Below, one piece after another: positions 51,480-54,914 of a DNA stretch of 54,914 bases. The DNA lies in NCBI RefSeq assembly GCF_001194135.2, contig NC_068989.1, positions 38,996,045-39,050,958 of the forward strand, in the 5' to 3' direction. The notes under the pieces were generated by a model. It did not search any database. It saw only the letters and a program-made list of their open reading frames with translations, and was not told the origin of the DNA. Source of the DNA: Octopus bimaculoides. Taxonomy: Eukaryota. How positions within the stretch are numbered: position 1 is the stretch's first letter; every line of letters starts with the position of its first letter. The translations under genes were made by a program, and so were the position numbers.

Positions 51480-52510
51480 CTGAACTTTCACATGCCACAT
51501 ACCAACTGTATCCACCACTCCCACTCGCTACAGCTACCATTACTTATATAGATTTTGGCTCCTTAAACAAGCAAACTGCTTACTATCATTTTTAGAGATC
51601 TCAGTAACACATGTACAAATGTAAATTTTAGAAGTGTATCATAGTGGCAGTAACTGCAGGGTCCTTATTTCACATCTTGTGAAAACTGTTACACTCTGTC
51701 CCAAGGTATGGTGGTCAACTCCTCCTTACTTCAGATGGCTTAGTTGTTAATATATTCTACTTCAGTTTCCAGTCCAGCTCCACCAAAACGTCCAGGCAAC
51801 TATTTATTTATAACAAATCTAGAACTACATCTCTGGCTAGATTTCCTGTTTAGAACGAGAAAATTCCTCAGAGCTGATCAGTTTTTGTTCTCCACAACTT
51901 AGGTGCAACACATAGACAGGAAAGTTTTCCTATGTAACAATGCAGTTGTTAACACTCAAAAACATCTTATACTACTTTAAAAATAACATTTGAATAAACA
52001 ACAGAAATTCACTCACCACAGACAACAATCACCATGTTAAAGACAATCTTATGTCTTCTCTACCTTTCTTACTATCTCTAATATGACTTCTCTTCTTTAA
52101 ACATGTAATCTGTCACTACTCATGTTCAATTCTAACATACTCACTATTCAACTCCATTTCATCTTGCCTTTTCTCTTCAGATCTGTGTCCATCTCAGAGC
52201 CTTGTCCCGACCACATCTTTTCTACAGGCATTAACCATTAATACACCAATGTACTGTATTTACCCTCTGTCTCATAAATTATGTCTACATTATTTCAACT
52301 AACAGCTGTTCATTGAAAATTTGAACTAACAGCTATAAAGTACTTCATACTACTTTTCTTTCTCTTCTTTCATCCTTCATCTCCATAGCTATAACCCTCT
52401 AGAAATATTTCCAAGCGCCATCTTTTTTTTTCCCCCTAATGACAATTACCTACAGAAGTTTGAACTGAACATTGCCACACTGACCTCGCAGTTTGGGAGG
52501 GTCTGCAAAG
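51480..52510 (+). mobile_element. Possible highly degenerate CR1/L2/Jockey-type LINE ORF2 remnant
   Basis: Ordered weak echoes of RT N-terminal motifs: EPCPDHI (GPDxI), PLSHKL..YFN, SYNPL (NYRPI), LTSQFG (SDxQFG). A similar weak SNAFDYV (SKAFD) lies at about 43350. Confidence 0.3.
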
Positions 52511-53655
52511 GTTAAAGAATTCACTCCTTCATAAACAAAACATCATATCTTTCTTAAATGCTTGTATATATATGTGTGGCCATCACTCTACATTTGGTAG
52601 GTTGGGAATCTGAAAGTAAATCGACTAGAATAAGAGTAATTTTTTTAATAAGCTAAGTTTCTACTCACAGTTTCAACTGTCATGCAGCAGATAATTACTT
52701 TGTCACCAACAAAGATAAAGATAACTAATTTTCTTATATTCATCCCTTTTACTAAAGTTGATTCTATCTCTTAATTCAGTCTCTAGAACTAATTAACAAT
52801 TAGAAAGTAATTTAAAAATATAAAAAATGGAATGTGAACCCCAATTTGAGGAACTTTCTTAATTAGGTATGAAGATTTATTCAAAACAAATATTTTAAGG
52901 TTGAATGGGAAGCAAACACTCAATACTCAGCTTTATCACAATAAGTTTTGTTTTTCATCTTTCTTTTTTCTTGCTGGTATGGGTTGGACAGCTATTCATT
53001 TGAAGCAGCATTCCAGCATTACAAGCTCTTGTTGTCATCAATACTTATCTTTTTTACTTTCAGAACACAGAGCTATAAGGCATAGTATAATGTTCACTAA
53101 GAGCATAAACACAACACTGATTTTTTGCTCAGATAATCTCACTTAAGAAACTCACAACATAAAGATGGACAAAATGCTGCTAAGCATTTTCAGCCAGCTT
53201 GCTACCTTAACCATTAACTGCCAAATATTTTATTCATATTTTTTGGCTTTGCCAGGTGTCTTGGGAGTTAAAAATAATATATAGTATTTAAATTTTCTTC
53301 ATATGTGAATTATTTTGGAAATTATGAAAAATTTTTCGAAGAGTCCCAAATGACGACTGCTGAAAAAAGAGCACATTTATCCTTTTCTATTCAGTTGCAA
53401 TAATAAACATTTTAGTTTTTTTGAAACTATAGTATCAAATGCGAATGTGTATGAAATATCAATGAATGATATAGATAGGAAATGCAAAAGAAAATACATT
53501 TTCAAAACAGTCGATATTTTTGTAGTTCAAAAATTACAATTTATGATATAAAATGTCCTCTAGAATTAGCCAGAGCTAATAATGACAAGCTTTAACTACT
53601 AATTATTGTTAAACACACTTCTACAAATGCAATATACATAAGCAATTCAATTTAA

Positions 53656-53876
53656 CCCTTTAGCATTTAAACCGGCCATATCCGGCCAAAAGTATTCTGC
53701 CTATTTTATGTTCAAACTGGCCAGATCTGGTCTCTCACACCAACCCTACAATATCGTTTTAAAAATTAACAGCTACCTCATCAAAATCTCATAGCTACAA
53801 GATAATGCATGATTAATTCAAAACAATGTGGATAAAAAAGCATTAATTATGGCAGAATAATGTGAACACTAAAGGG
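53656..53876. mobile_element. piggyBac-like MITE (221 bp)
   Basis: TTAA at 53652-55 and 53877-80; TIR ccctttag...ctaaaggg (8 bp perfect, 11/14 extended). Confidence 0.85.
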
Positions 53877-53959
53877 TTAAATACAACAAACAACTGGCAG
53901 AGAGACTTTTTAGCAGATCTCCAAATGGGACTCATGGCAGGCAATGAGCTAATAATGAT

Positions 53960-54186
53960 AATCCTTTCTAGTATAGGCACAAGAAATGAAATTTTGTGGG
54001 AGGGAAATAAGTCGATTACATTGACCTCAGTGCATAGCTGGTACTTAGTTCATCAACCCCAAAAGGATGAAAAGCAAAGTCAACCTCAGCAGAATTTGAG
54101 TTCAGAATGTAAAGTTGGATGAAATGCCACTAAGCATTTCGCCCAGTGTGCTAATGATTCTGCCAGCTTGCCACCATTGCTGCCTT
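53960..54186 (-). mobile_element. SINE family B copy (plus partial copy at 54771-54868)
   Basis: atcctttctagtataggcacaag...gaatttgagttcagaa...ctgccagc..gccttaataat. Confidence 0.85.
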
Positions 54187-54204
54187 AATAATGATAAAAA
54201 TAAT

Positions 54205-54763
54205 CATGCAGTAGCAGGCAGTAGCTCACCTGGTTTCTGATATTAACTGATTGGAAGTGTAATCATGTACATATTTTGTCTTGGTGTAAAAGATGGGCTA
54301 CAGCAATATATTCTACTTACTACCACAGTTTCGTTTGTCGGTTGGTTGACTTTAACCAGGTGAGCATGTCCCTTGTTGGCTGAAGATATGTGCATCACTG
54401 ATTACGAGCAGGAGTAGTGGGGGAACATCGTAGCCATGTATTGAAAGGTATTCTTTGGGGTTTGAATAATTCACCTCTGGAAACATGGGTGGTTCATTCA
54501 TCATCCTTAAAGAAGCCTTATTCAGGGATCTTTTGAGTGGAGTGGCCTACTCAACCTGAAGATAATTCTAACTGGGCCCCAACCTGAAGATAATTCTAAC
54601 TGGGCCCCACTGTCTATCTTGATACAAAATCGTGTCATGGACATATGGTTGTGATGCATGTGGCTAGTGTACCCTTATAAGATGGGTAGTCATGATGGAT
54701 ATATTGGGGTTCATATATTTGTACTCTAGCACCACTTTGATGGCATGCATTGCTCTCTCACTC
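54205..54763 (-). repeat. Unclassified ~560-bp interspersed repeat (family E), copy 2
   Basis: See 48126-48682; this copy carries an internal 28-bp tandem duplication at 54552-54607. Confidence 0.85.
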
Positions 54764-54914
54764 GATGATAAGTCAACCTCACCAAAATTTGAACTCAGAA
54801 TGTAAAGACAGATGAAATACCACCAAGCATTTTTCCCAGCATGCTAATAATCTGCCAGCTCACTGCGTCAATCATCATCATCATCATCATCATCGTTTAA
54901 CGTCCGCTTTCCAT

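Overview
AT-rich, microsatellite- and retroelement-saturated metazoan DNA with three N gaps. The SINE families and the (CAT)n/(TAA)n/(TA)n/(CA)n load look like an Octopus-type cephalopod genome (inferred from repeat style, not searched). The only host coding sequence I can support is one 152-bp internal exon (22763-22914, +) of an M1 zinc aminopeptidase (GAMEN + HEFAH), so the window is probably mostly two very large introns. The rest is transposon debris: four RTE-clade LINE relics, two R4/Dong-type RLE LINE relics, a decayed Helitron helicase, two DINE-1/HINE-like elements, a 1084-bp Mutator-like element (73-bp TIRs, 9-bp TSD), a piggyBac-like MITE, two abundant tRNA-headed SINE families and an unclassified 560-bp repeat. 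Most interesting observations: (1) three RTE copies carry remnants of a C4HC3 PHD-like finger between the RT core and thumb; (2) a 130-bp, 127/130 identical inverted copy of an internal piece of the dead Helitron; (3) an octamer motif in both TIRs of the Mutator-like element; (4) a ~320-334-bp tandem unit with a conserved 13-5-13 palindrome. I found no intact novel multi-gene system. All translations and alignments were done by eye; boundaries of degenerate repeats are approximate.
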